Below are positions 1-9,380 of a stretch of 64,000 nucleotides of DNA, one piece after another. The notes beneath the pieces were generated by a model. The model worked only from the letters and a program-made list of their open reading frames with translations, searched no databases and was not told the DNA's origin. Source of the stretch: a virus (taxonomy: Duplodnaviria; Heunggongvirae; Uroviricota; Caudoviricetes). The stretch lies in IMG/VR virus record IMGVR_UViG_3300044716_000631; one strand, given 5' to 3'. Within the stretch, counting starts at the first letter, position 1, and the number at the start of each line of letters is the position of its first letter. The position numbers and the translations under genes are program-made.

Positions 1-332
1 GCGTGCTTCCCGTACAACAAATCCCAGATCCTGGGTTGGATCGGCGTAACGCTGACTGTACTCTTGGAATCTGAAAGAACTATGCCGCAAAATCTGGCGG
101 GCAATATCTCTTGTTGTTCTGATTTCCATTGATACATGGACCATCTCCAAAGGTGACCAATGCTTGTTCTTAATCAGATACTGAACAAGCTTCGGTGCTG
201 TTGCTGTGTTATTCTGATTAGAGGGATTTGATACTCGTGCTGCCCATGCAACCAGTTCATTGGCAGTTGTACACCCGGTGTATGCACTCGGCTTAGTAAG
301 GCCGACCAAATTTACTTCACTCATTTTTTACC
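1..332 (-). CDS. thyX: flavin-dependent thymidylate synthase ThyX, N-terminal part (gene runs off window start)
   Basis: Reverse-strand translation from ATG at ~332: MSEVNLVGLTKPSAYTGCTTANELVAWAARVSNPSNQ...RHSSFRFQEYSQRY, close to the ThyX signature RHRxxxxxSxRY; no stop before window edge. Confidence 0.55.
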
Positions 333-450
333 CTTTATATGTGCTTCACAATATCTTTGACCATTCGTAGCTTTATCTCCAAGGAGAGTAACCTTCCACA
401 CTTCGCCACTTGCTGTCTTTATTTCATATTCATCTATCTTTGTAATCGGT

Positions 451-717
451 TCACTCAATTACAAATTCCTTCACCTTTTGGAAACGTGCAATGTTTACGT
501 ATCCATTGTCTTTTAGTTCTTTTACTCGTGCAAGAGCATCGTAGTACTCAACATACTGTCCATCATTGTACCACCAGAAGTAATCCCACGGTGCCCATAG
601 ACGAGGAGTACGCTGATACTCTACAAGCCATTGCTTGCCTACTCGGAAGATTCGAAGTTTCTTGATTACAATCTTTTCGTACTCGATTCCGAATTCATTG
701 ATTACTAAATCATCCAT
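451..717 (-). CDS. hypothetical protein (88 aa)
   Basis: ORF in minus-strand gene train, start overlaps upstream stop. Confidence 0.4.
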   Translation of the reverse strand: MDDLVINEFGIEYEKIVIKKLRIFRVGKQWLVEYQRTPRLWAPWDYFWWYNDGQYVEYYDALARVKELKDNGYVNIARFQKVKEFVIE

Positions 718-1000
718 ATCCGTTTCCTATGTGATTAAACAAGTTAGGGTCGAAATAAACAATGCCTACACCACACGATTCAATATCTTCTATATCACGA
801 GATGATACTCTGACATACTTTGAAAAGAATTCAATACCACGTAGATCAATAATCAACTTAGTTGCAGTTGGTACCATGTTGGCGTTGTAAACAACCCAAG
901 TCAGGTCTTTCTCTGGCAACGTCAGAATTCTATTAATGGTCACGACGCCATAAAGCGAAATGTAGTTTCGCAGTCGGTCCGGAGTAAGTGCATTCATCAA
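710..1000 (-). CDS. hypothetical protein (96 aa)
   Basis: ORF in minus-strand gene train. Confidence 0.4.
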   Translation of the reverse strand: MMNALTPDRLRNYISLYGVVTINRILTLPEKDLTWVVYNANMVPTATKLIIDLRGIEFFSKYVRVSSRDIEDIESCGVGIVYFDPNLFNHIGNGYG

Positions 1001-1952
1001 TAATTTCCTTCACTTGTTCTGGTGTGTATCCAGCCAAGACCATGTCATTGATGTCTTTGTGCTCGATACTTCTGGGCCAGATACAAACTCGATATCCAGC
1101 CTCAATTGTTTTTTCTACCTTCTTAACAATTTCTTTGTTACGAGGTTCATTATCGTATATTACAACCATACTATCTTTTGGTAAATCTGTCAACAACAAT
1201 TGTGAAATTAAATCACTACCAGCAGATGCAATTGCATTTGGAATAAATAATGAGTCAATTGGACCCTCAACTAAATATATATCTTTAGTTCGATCAACAG
1301 TATCCATCCCGAAAATTTTTGGTTTACTTTCATCTAACATGATGGTAATATAGCGTAGGCCATTCTTCTTGAACGATCTACCCTGGAAACCAAAGAGCTT
1401 TTTATTTTCATCGAGGAATGGAATGACGAGTCGAGGTTCGTTCTCTACTTCAGCTTTGAACTTATCAGGAATCATGGAGTTCACCCATGAGGCAAACTTC
1501 TTAGAATAAAAGAGCTTGTAATGAGAACTCGTTGGAATTAGTCGACCATCAACCCATTGCTTCACAGGATGATCTGGCTTTAACTTACTCACTTTAATGA
1601 GCTCAGCGAGTTGAGTCTCTTTAACAAAGACCGGCGGCTTCATCTTCTGAGCAAACTCGTGCGTCTCGTTAGTTTGATTATTCTCTTTAATTTTTTCCTT
1701 GACATATTCCAGATATAGTGTAGGATCTATAGACTTGATCAGATACTGGAATCGCATGGAGGCGCCACAGTTGTGACAGAAATAACGAAGCTTACCACCT
1801 CGCTGAAAGACGTAACCACGAGTCTTTCTTTTATCCTTCTCGGAATCACCGCAGATAGGACAACGGAATCGATAGGTCTCAGATCCGACTCGAGCGAATC
1901 TTTCTAACCTACCGGATAACAGATTAATGTATTTGTGATCTAACCAAATCAA
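933..1952 (-). CDS. 61: DNA primase (T4 gp61-like; zinc ribbon + TOPRIM)
   Basis: N-terminal CxxC...CxxC zinc ribbon (RFRCPICGDS...FCHNCGAS), TOPRIM-like acidic motifs (YLVEGPIDSLF, VIYDNEPRN). Confidence 0.7.
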   Translation of the reverse strand: MIWLDHKYINLLSGRLERFARVGSETYRFRCPICGDSEKDKRKTRGYVFQRGGKLRYFCHNCGASMRFQYLIKSIDPTLYLEYVKEKIKENNQTNETHEFAQKMKPPVFVKETQLAELIKVSKLKPDHPVKQWVDGRLIPTSSHYKLFYSKKFASWVNSMIPDKFKAEVENEPRLVIPFLDENKKLFGFQGRSFKKNGLRYITIMLDESKPKIFGMDTVDRTKDIYLVEGPIDSLFIPNAIASAGSDLISQLLLTDLPKDSMVVIYDNEPRNKEIVKKVEKTIEAGYRVCIWPRSIEHKDINDMVLAGYTPEQVKEIIDECTYSGPTAKLHFALWRRDH

Positions 1953-2022
1953 GGTATTACTCCAAAGCTGATAGTATCATTATACTCAGTTTGGAAAATA
2001 AGTACACAAAAAAGTGCTGTGA

Positions 2023-2496
2023 TTAGAAAAATTTATCCCACGGGATAAGAGTAATAAGTCCACCTACAATAGCGGATCCACCAATCACAGTCCACATCCA
2101 CTTTTCCATGGTTGTGATGCGATTGCTGAGTGTGTTATGCTGTACTGTAGATTCAGCACGCATCTCTTTGATTTCTTTCATCAAGTCGTCGTACTGATTG
2201 TCGATGCTCTCTTTCAGCTCGCGTTCACCTGAAGAAATACGTTCGTGCAGGATTTGAATCTTGTCGTCTGTTTCCACTCTACGTGCTTCCACTAAATCTG
2301 CTAGTTGTTTACTTATTATCTCTTGAGAAGTCAGTTTAGTTTCATGCACAGCTAATAGACTTGATACGCTGTTTGAAATGTCTGTAAGTTTATCAATAGT
2401 AGTATCCAAACGATCAACAAGCGCGCCAACAACTGCCATATCTTTACGTAGATACGACATGTCCTCAGCTAGCTTGTTGACGTTTGGAGCAGCCAT
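2023..2496 (-). CDS. hypothetical coiled-coil protein with C-terminal TM anchor
   Basis: ORF; heptad-like charged repeats, hydrophobic C-terminus. Confidence 0.4.
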   Translation of the reverse strand: MAAPNVNKLAEDMSYLRKDMAVVGALVDRLDTTIDKLTDISNSVSSLLAVHETKLTSQEIISKQLADLVEARRVETDDKIQILHERISSGERELKESIDNQYDDLMKEIKEMRAESTVQHNTLSNRITTMEKWMWTVIGGSAIVGGLITLIPWDKFF

Positions 2497-2765
2497 TATT
2501 CAGTTGGTTCCGTTCCAGCTTTCATAGCAAGAGCAGCGCCACCGGCAGCAAGTACTGCACCTAGACCAATACCCCATGTTGATGCATCAAATGCAGCACC
2601 ACGATAGATATCATAGATCGAGAGGCCAAAGAAGATGATTACTCCTTTGGCCCACAAGATTCTACCTAGGTCAAGCGTCTTGTTATCTTTTCCAGTGAAT
2701 GTCTGGAAAATCAGATTCTTTAACTTAGCAAACATTTTTGAGACTCCGTTTGAAAACGAAATCAT
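2496..2765 (-). CDS. small membrane protein
   Basis: ORF, two hydrophobic segments, ATGA overlap with neighbour. Confidence 0.4.
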   Translation of the reverse strand: MISFSNGVSKMFAKLKNLIFQTFTGKDNKTLDLGRILWAKGVIIFFGLSIYDIYRGAAFDASTWGIGLGAVLAAGGAALAMKAGTEPTE

Positions 2766-2768
2766 AAT

Positions 2769-3218
2769 TTAGAAAGGACCGTGGTCCTCGTCAGAGTCAC
2801 GATATTTGTCGATTGCAGCCATCATCTTGATTTCATTGTCAGTTTCAATTGACTCGGCTTGAGCATTGATAACATGAGCTTCTGCAAGTGCTTTATGATC
2901 TGTCTTACCAAGCTCTTGTGTCTTGATATTTGGATCGAATTCAGTTACCTTCATACCCATCATCGTAGCAAAGGCACCAACAAAAGCACCAACGATGGTC
3001 GAGAATGCAGGACCAATAATCTTAAAGATCTCGTTATTGTCAATCAGTTCATTTGGCATAAACATACCAACAAGGAAGATTGCAACAACAGCAAGCATGA
3101 TTGCGCCAAGAATAGTAGCAGCCATCTTCATGATGGTTAGCTGAATCTTGCCTTTTTCAAGTTCTAGTTGTTCGAACGATGTAATTGGCGGTGTTGAGAA
3201 AAACGACATTAGGCTCAT
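2769..3218 (-). CDS. membrane protein
   Basis: ORF with multiple hydrophobic helices. Confidence 0.4.
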   Translation of the reverse strand: MSLMSFFSTPPITSFEQLELEKGKIQLTIMKMAATILGAIMLAVVAIFLVGMFMPNELIDNNEIFKIIGPAFSTIVGAFVGAFATMMGMKVTEFDPNIKTQELGKTDHKALAEAHVINAQAESIETDNEIKMMAAIDKYRDSDEDHGPF

Positions 3219-3418
3219 TTCTTTTTTACACCCTTTACTACTTTCTTCACGGCAGCTGCAGCTTCAGCAACTTCGTTGATTGCTTCATTTGCAGCTTTTG
3301 CATTCTTATCAGCAAGTGCTTTTGCAACTTCAAGATCTTCTGCTGTTACTTTACCGTCTTTGTTTAGGTCAAGTAGACCAAACCACTTTTTAATTTTTTC
3401 CCACATGGTTATCTCCAT
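3215..3418 (-). CDS. small EF-hand calcium-binding motif protein
   Basis: Canonical EF-hand loop DLNKDGKVTAEDL (DxNxDGxIxxxE pattern). Confidence 0.5.
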   Translation of the reverse strand: MEITMWEKIKKWFGLLDLNKDGKVTAEDLEVAKALADKNAKAANEAINEVAEAAAAVKKVVKGVKKK

Positions 3419-3639
3419 TACTTTTTTATTGTTGTAGCAAGTTTACGAGCAACACTGAGTGGAAGACCATCTTTAGAAGTATTTAATAGTCCGAGTGCTG
3501 CAATCAAAGCGAGCATAGTCTTAGAATCATCTTTACCGCCTACGCGGTTAAGAGAGTTAGCAATGACGTTGACAAGGTTATCCTTTGAAGGAGTATCTTC
3601 TGTGTCTTCTGGCTTGTCAAAATCTTTAAACTTCTTCAT
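3418..3639 (-). CDS. hypothetical protein (73 aa)
   Basis: ORF, overlapping stop/start with neighbours. Confidence 0.4.
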   Translation of the reverse strand: MKKFKDFDKPEDTEDTPSKDNLVNVIANSLNRVGGKDDSKTMLALIAALGLLNTSKDGLPLSVARKLATTIKK

Positions 3640-4148
3640 TTCTTTTTCTCTTTGGCCATGGCATCAACCGCGTCTTTATTCTGAATTATCCATTGCTGGA
3701 GTTGTCTGAGTTGCTCGGCGTTGGATTGGCAGGTGGCGTAGTTTGAGATGATGGTGAGGAGGGCTGAATTGTCTTTAATTCCTGAGGGGCTCGCATCAGA
3801 AGCTCTGGTGGCGTCGGCATTACCGGATGTGGCACTAAGGTCGTGCGTGTACACCCAGCCGTTAGACAAATCGTACTGAGCAGGAACAGAGTCTTTAACG
3901 ATGTCGCGGTATACATATTCTTTCTCTCTAATTGTGTTAACTCTATCGACATATTCAGTGACTACCTGAGTAGAAATAGCAGAATTTTGCTTCTCCAATT
4001 CCGCAACTTGCGCACTCTTTTCGGCAGAAAATCTAGCCAACTCAGCTTCTGCATAAGCAGATCCCTTCATATATCCAAATACAAATACCCCTACAAGAGC
4101 ACCACCAATAGCAAGTAGCTTATATGGTAGAGGAATCATACCCAACAT
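3636..4148 (-). CDS. membrane-anchored hypothetical protein
   Basis: N-terminal TM helix, coiled-coil region. Confidence 0.4.
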   Translation of the reverse strand: MLGMIPLPYKLLAIGGALVGVFVFGYMKGSAYAEAELARFSAEKSAQVAELEKQNSAISTQVVTEYVDRVNTIREKEYVYRDIVKDSVPAQYDLSNGWVYTHDLSATSGNADATRASDASPSGIKDNSALLTIISNYATCQSNAEQLRQLQQWIIQNKDAVDAMAKEKKK

Positions 4149-4151
4149 AAT

Positions 4152-4862
4152 TTATTTCCTTGCAAATCTTTTGAAACTCGCGAGTACTACTTTCTTCTTT
4201 TTCTTCATGTGCACGCCCGGTTCACCTTGTGGACCTACACCAAGACCAGCAACATTACCAGCACCAGCAGCATTCACTGCAACTTCTTCGTGCACATCAT
4301 GCTCAGAATCAAGTTCTTTAAACTTTGATTGAACACCACGATGGAATGCTGCAGCGTGTGAGTGTGAAGCAAACTTGAATGCTGCGCCTTTATCAGATGC
4401 ATAATCCAATTTGCCACCGTGTGCTTCAATATGCTTTTTAAACTCCGGTGAGTTCATTTGCTTTTCACCCTGAGAGTCATATGTCTTAACATGTACAGAG
4501 TGAGCAACTTCTTCTTTAATACGACCTACTTTTTTATTCACAGCGGCCATAAGTTTCTTGCCATCCATACCAGCAATACGAGCCGCATTGACAACATGGC
4601 CTTTATTAAGATTTTGTTTGTTACGTCTTATTAATGCATCAGCGTAAGAGTCGACATCTTCATTCATCTCACCTTGCAGGTAATTTGATGCAGTGGTGAT
4701 GTAGTCTTCAGCAAGTGTAATCTTTGATTGAACCCATTCAGGAAGATTCGTATCGGCCTTTAGCATATCATGCATACGCTGAGCGTTGGCAATGATAGAC
4801 TTGAGTTGCGACATAGCCATATCGCCTTCATAGTCGTACTCTTGTTTTTCTTTATTAGCCAC
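4152..4862 (-). CDS. hypothetical protein (236 aa)
   Basis: Long ORF, His-rich C-terminal half. Confidence 0.45.
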   Translation of the reverse strand: MANKEKQEYDYEGDMAMSQLKSIIANAQRMHDMLKADTNLPEWVQSKITLAEDYITTASNYLQGEMNEDVDSYADALIRRNKQNLNKGHVVNAARIAGMDGKKLMAAVNKKVGRIKEEVAHSVHVKTYDSQGEKQMNSPEFKKHIEAHGGKLDYASDKGAAFKFASHSHAAAFHRGVQSKFKELDSEHDVHEEVAVNAAGAGNVAGLGVGPQGEPGVHMKKKKKVVLASFKRFARK

Positions 4863-5251
4863 TAGATCTTCCTTAGAATCTTGATTATATTCTCGTCCAT
4901 TGCAATGTCTGAACTAAATATGGTTTTGTTCTGGAACCCGATACCTTTGACTGTATCAGGCATATGTCCTAATAATACAATGAATGGTTTCAACATATGA
5001 TGATAACCATCTAACTTAAAGAAAAGCATTCGTGTAGCAGGTGGACCAAATACATTATAAAGAATAATCAAATGATTGATTACCAGTCTTTCTTTGAGTT
5101 CACCAGTTTCTTCATAACGATTAAACAATCTTTTGATATACTTGAATCGAGCTAGATCCTCATAAAATTCAAGTGTATCAAAACATTGTGGGTTATCATA
5201 ATGTTTAGCGGCGTATAACAAAAAGTTTGTTTCATCAAGTTTATCAATCAT
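4862..5251 (-). CDS. hypothetical protein (129 aa)
   Basis: ORF. Confidence 0.4.
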   Translation of the reverse strand: MIDKLDETNFLLYAAKHYDNPQCFDTLEFYEDLARFKYIKRLFNRYEETGELKERLVINHLIILYNVFGPPATRMLFFKLDGYHHMLKPFIVLLGHMPDTVKGIGFQNKTIFSSDIAMDENIIKILRKI

Positions 5252-5502
5252 TATGCAATTCTTACTTTGACAACCCCTGCAGCAGTATAGTATAGTTGTC
5301 CAAGTGCAACACCCGCGGTGTTGGCAGCTGTATCATCTGCATAAGGACCTTGTACGATAGCTTTACGTAGTGTGGATAATGTAGCAGACTTGGTCGTGTT
5401 AGCGGAGACATCCTCAACAATGAAGAGGTCCCCGCTAGCAATCGACGTGTTGGCCGTGCCAATCGAAGTGAATTCAGTTATTTTTTTGGCACGATCAGTC
5501 AT
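5251..5502 (-). CDS. hypothetical protein (83 aa)
   Basis: ORF. Confidence 0.35.
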   Translation of the reverse strand: MTDRAKKITEFTSIGTANTSIASGDLFIVEDVSANTTKSATLSTLRKAIVQGPYADDTAANTAGVALGQLYYTAAGVVKVRIA

Positions 5503-5511
5503 GAGTTATCC

Positions 5512-6357
5512 TTATGCGTCTGGTAGGATTGCGTCGTCAGATGCGTCATCCGAGAAGTTACCACCAAATGCAACTAGTGTTTCGTACTGTACACGACCTG
5601 CACGACCACCAGTACCAACTGTGCGCATTACCCAACCAGTGTGAGCTGCACCCTTGGTGTAACCGGTTTCAGTCAGTTCAGCAACTGCAGTAGCAGTTTC
5701 ACCTGTCAGAGAGTGACCGGTTTCTGTTACACCCTTTGTAAGGTCGATAGTGTCACCATTAGGAACAGTTGTGAGTGTAACAGCTGTTGAGTTCGATGTC
5801 TTGATGTAATATGCAGTGCCTGATGTCAGGTTTGTCAGAGCAGTATTACCAGCAGCAACTGTATAAGTTACCTTATCACCAGCAAGGAAGATGCTGTTTG
5901 CAGATGAGATTGTAATAGCGTCTGTTGCGTTTGTCACAGCCGAGTTAGCATTAAAGCTTTGTGCACCTGGTGCAGCAATTGTTACTGAAGGAGCAGATGT
6001 ATATCCACCAACAGTTACGTTAGCTGTGACTGCAGTAATGCGGCCACCTGTTGCAGCAGAATTAGCAAGCTGTGTATTTGCACCGCCTGTTGTATTTGCA
6101 ACTGTAACAGCAGCATTTGCAGCGTATCCAGAACCAGCGAATGTAATTACATATTGTTGTACAGCCGCGTTGCCAGAAACACGAATTTCTGTAGCATCTA
6201 GACCAAATTGGCCTACTGCTTCATTAGCAATAAATGCACCAACAGTTGTGTTACCAAACAGAGCTGATTGGTTTGTTGTGTTAGGTGTTTTGTTAACTAA
6301 CGCTGTAGCCCATAGGACCGAGTTTGCAGCGTCATCTGTATTGCCCCATTGAGCCAT
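5512..6357 (-). CDS. Ala/Thr/Gly-rich hypothetical protein, possibly virion-associated
   Basis: Low-complexity A/T/G/N-rich composition typical of fibre/decoration proteins; begins MAQW like ORF 10959-12302. Confidence 0.45.
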   Translation of the reverse strand: MAQWGNTDDAANSVLWATALVNKTPNTTNQSALFGNTTVGAFIANEAVGQFGLDATEIRVSGNAAVQQYVITFAGSGYAANAAVTVANTTGGANTQLANSAATGGRITAVTANVTVGGYTSAPSVTIAAPGAQSFNANSAVTNATDAITISSANSIFLAGDKVTYTVAAGNTALTNLTSGTAYYIKTSNSTAVTLTTVPNGDTIDLTKGVTETGHSLTGETATAVAELTETGYTKGAAHTGWVMRTVGTGGRAGRVQYETLVAFGGNFSDDASDDAILPDA

Positions 6358-6390
6358 TGTAGTTTCCTCCTAAGAACTTTCTTTTATTTA

Positions 6391-6585
6391 TTATTCTTCT
6401 GTAGTGAGCATGTCGATCATGTACTGAGACATTTTCTTATGAAATCTTTTTGGTCGACCATTGACCATCACGGTGTGTTCAGGCATAGGCTTCTCAGAAA
6501 GAATAATCTCCTTTGTAGCAGATTCTTCCTGTGCCTTTACGACATCTACACCATTAACTACTAAACCGCCTACGTTGATAGCCAT
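6391..6585 (-). CDS. hypothetical protein (64 aa)
   Basis: Short ORF. Confidence 0.3.
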   Translation of the reverse strand: MAINVGGLVVNGVDVVKAQEESATKEIILSEKPMPEHTVMVNGRPKRFHKKMSQYMIDMLTTEE

Positions 6586-6586
6586 A

Positions 6587-8035
6587 TTAGTGCCTATATC
6601 TTACGATCTCACCAGTGTCCTTCGAAGCCTTAGGAACTGGAGCAGATACAGCCTTGACAAATTCTGCGTGTGACTTATGAGCTTGCTTTTGGAAAGCAGC
6701 TTTTTCTTGAGTAGTTCTGCGAGCAGCCATGTGATCTTCAAAGCGATCTGCATGGTTAGCAGAAATTTCATGTTCCTTATTGTCCATGAAACGAACTTTT
6801 TTGTTCATTGACTTGGCTTTACGAAGTTGCATACCAAGAGCTACCATATCGTCGCTGGCTTGATTTTGCTTTGCATGCCAAGCAGCCGAACCTTCCTTTG
6901 GTGGACGGCCACGACCTTCTTCAAGTTCTACTTCTTCTTTAGCAAGATTTTGACGTAAGCTCTTATAATGGCGAACCGCAGCTTTACGCTCAGGCGATCC
7001 ACCTGGTGTCTTTAAAAGATCGGCATAAGCTTTTTTGATTTCTGGGCTGGTATTACCTTCATCAATTTCTACTTCTTCTGCCATGCTCTTATGAACTGAC
7101 CATTTGCCTTTTCGAGTATCGCTACCGTATTCAGCAAACTTCTTTGCACGATCTTCAGAATCAAAATGCTTTGATACACGCTTGCCATTTAGTTGAACAT
7201 GCCACATGTTTGCTTCTTCAAGTGTATCAACATTCAGCGAATCAATAAAGTCTTGCTCTTCCTTGGTCAGCTTGCTCACAGCAAGTTTAATACCCTTTTC
7301 GCGCTTGCCCATATCCTTGAAGTTCTTGCTTGACTTTTCGTCTGCAGCAATCTTCAGGCCAGCTGTAACACCTTGACTGCCCATTTTTGTGGCAGCCTTA
7401 TTGATGTAACGACCCATTGTTCCCTTTGATAGTTCGTCGATCTGCTCTGCATCTTCTTTTGTCAGTTTGCTTACAGCAGTCGAAATACCTTTATGACGCT
7501 TTGTCAGTTTCTTTTCAAGTGGTTTCGAAGAACTGCCGTGAGCTTCTTTGTGCCCTTGTCTATACGAAGCCATATCAATAGAATCTTTAGCTTTATTGAT
7601 ATAGCGGCCAAGTGTAGCTTTCGAAACTTCGTCAACCTGCTCAGCTTCTTCCTTGACTGGCTTCTTTTCTTTTGCCATCATATCACGAACCTTTTGAGCA
7701 GTCTTTTTATTTGCTTCAGTTGGTTCGTCAGCGGTTGGCATTACACCTTCACTTGCGGCTTTAAAGTCAGCATTTGTAGGAGCACCTTCAGATCCGGGCT
7801 TACGCATACGCTCACCAGATCCTGCTTTGATTCTCTTACGCTTGGCATGGATGTTATCCCATAGGCCACGCTTGCCTTCCTTCATTTCTTCCTTGTCATC
7901 TTCTTCTTCATCATCTTCTTTTTCACACTTTTCGCATTCACAATCTTTTGGGCATTTCTTGGCCTCGCCTAGAATACCTTTTACGGTATTTAGAAGGTCG
8001 GCAGAAAATTGATCTTCGAGTTTCTTTGTAAACAT
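6587..8035 (-). CDS. highly charged K/E-rich protein with internal repeats
   Basis: Repeated ~35-aa units (AVSKLTKE..IDxLxxGTxGRYINKA), Cys cluster at N-terminus (CPKDCECEKCEKEDDEEEDD). Confidence 0.5.
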   Translation of the reverse strand: MFTKKLEDQFSADLLNTVKGILGEAKKCPKDCECEKCEKEDDEEEDDKEEMKEGKRGLWDNIHAKRKRIKAGSGERMRKPGSEGAPTNADFKAASEGVMPTADEPTEANKKTAQKVRDMMAKEKKPVKEEAEQVDEVSKATLGRYINKAKDSIDMASYRQGHKEAHGSSSKPLEKKLTKRHKGISTAVSKLTKEDAEQIDELSKGTMGRYINKAATKMGSQGVTAGLKIAADEKSSKNFKDMGKREKGIKLAVSKLTKEEQDFIDSLNVDTLEEANMWHVQLNGKRVSKHFDSEDRAKKFAEYGSDTRKGKWSVHKSMAEEVEIDEGNTSPEIKKAYADLLKTPGGSPERKAAVRHYKSLRQNLAKEEVELEEGRGRPPKEGSAAWHAKQNQASDDMVALGMQLRKAKSMNKKVRFMDNKEHEISANHADRFEDHMAARRTTQEKAAFQKQAHKSHAEFVKAVSAPVPKASKDTGEIVRYRH

Positions 8036-8047
8036 TTAATTAGTCCT

Positions 8048-8662
8048 TTAGTCTGCATCTATAATTTTAATTTTGCGTTCTGCCGCACGAGACCTTTTAA
8101 TAAGGTATCTTTTTAGGTTATCTATATCTTTATCACCTTGAGGTCCTGCAATCGGATCAGGAGCATTTCCCTTTGGTGGGTTATAAAATCTTTTATCATC
8201 AGCCGGATGGTAATCAGCGTTTGGATCAATTTCATTATCATGTTCACCGGATTGAGTATGAAGTGAATCCATTGCAGCTTTTACAATAGCTTCATGTTCT
8301 TTTTCAAGCTTCATTCCAACGGCATGTCTCATTACAATATCACCATGCATCGTAGCACGAGCAATATGAGCTAAAGTAGCTTTACCAGTATGATGAACAT
8401 CCTTGACAATATCAAATAATTTATCTAAATTCTCAGCCGCTGTCTGAGCATCAGAAGCATTCGTATCTTTTGGAAGATCCGCATAAAGCTTCTGTGCTTC
8501 AGGTGAAACCTCAAACGCCTTGGTGGTATATGAACCAACTGAAATCTGATCGTTCTGATCAGACTCAACAGCTCCCAAAGCAATATGATTACCTTCGTAT
8601 ATATCTCGAATTTTAGATTCTAAAGATCTATAACTCATTTCGTTGAAGCCCTTAGCATCCAA
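8048..8662 (-). CDS. hypothetical protein (204 aa)
   Basis: ORF. Confidence 0.45.
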   Translation of the reverse strand: MDAKGFNEMSYRSLESKIRDIYEGNHIALGAVESDQNDQISVGSYTTKAFEVSPEAQKLYADLPKDTNASDAQTAAENLDKLFDIVKDVHHTGKATLAHIARATMHGDIVMRHAVGMKLEKEHEAIVKAAMDSLHTQSGEHDNEIDPNADYHPADDKRFYNPPKGNAPDPIAGPQGDKDIDNLKRYLIKRSRAAERKIKIIDAD

Positions 8663-9069
8663 GCATGTTTATTGTGTTGGTCAAGTCTTTCTTCAATGAA
8701 ATTTACCAAACCGTTCTGACCATACTTATCAGCTTCGTCTCTAGCACGTTGAAGAGAAGCAAGAACAATAGCATTATCTGCAAACAATGTTGCAACCATC
8801 ATCTCTGGCTTGATAATCAAAACTTCATCTCTGATGTTTGTCAGTTCACTGAATCTGCTAAATGCGCCTGGAGCATAAGCGTTCTGAGCACGAATTTCTT
8901 CGGCGAACTGATCAATAGCTCCACCTACCTCTTCGTAGATCTTACCAAAGAAGTCATGATACATTGCAAACATAGGACCTTCTACATTCCAGTGATAGTT
9001 TTGTGCCTTCACATAGAATGCGTAAGTATCTGCAAATGCGATCTTAAGAGGGTTAATCACTTCTTCCAT
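8635..9069 (-). CDS. Dps-like ferritin-superfamily protein
   Basis: Strong resemblance to Dps family core: AFADTYAFYVKAQNYHWNVEGPMFAMYHDFFGKIYEEVGGAIDQFAEEIRA. Confidence 0.6.
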   Translation of the reverse strand: MEEVINPLKIAFADTYAFYVKAQNYHWNVEGPMFAMYHDFFGKIYEEVGGAIDQFAEEIRAQNAYAPGAFSRFSELTNIRDEVLIIKPEMMVATLFADNAIVLASLQRARDEADKYGQNGLVNFIEERLDQHNKHAWMLRASTK

Positions 9070-9380
9070 TATGTTCTACATCTCCATCTACGAAGTGACA
9101 TCGCCTTACGTGTAGGACGCCCCTTCTCATCTTTCATTGGTCCTGGCATGCCACCCATACGAGCGCAGAAAGACTTACGTCTCTTAGCATCCTTCGATCC
9201 AGGCTTGACTTTACCAGTTACAGCTGTTTGAATCTTCGATCCAGGATTATCTCTGCGAACAGCTTCAATCCCTTTTTGAGTCATACCTGCGCCAGACTCT
9301 GTGGATCTATAGTGACCCTTAGAATCTTCGCCACGAGCTTCTGAAATGAAATTCTTAAACCGTATCATCTGGCTTCCCAT
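9069..9380 (-). CDS. small basic protein
   Basis: ORF, Arg/Lys rich. Confidence 0.35.
   Translation of the reverse strand: MGSQMIRFKNFISEARGEDSKGHYRSTESGAGMTQKGIEAVRRDNPGSKIQTAVTGKVKPGSKDAKRRKSFCARMGGMPGPMKDEKGRPTRKAMSLRRWRCRT

Noticed and set aside
339-665. Plus-strand ORFs from the six-frame track lying antisense within clear minus-strand genes (339-665, 988-1353, 5891-6352, 7493-7864, 8665-9231, 12982-13446, 27675-28208, 35947-36483, 59302-59805 and others)
   Set aside because: They overlap longer minus-strand ORFs with recognisable homology or consistent operon packing, and lack RBS/promoter context. Treated as antisense artefacts.
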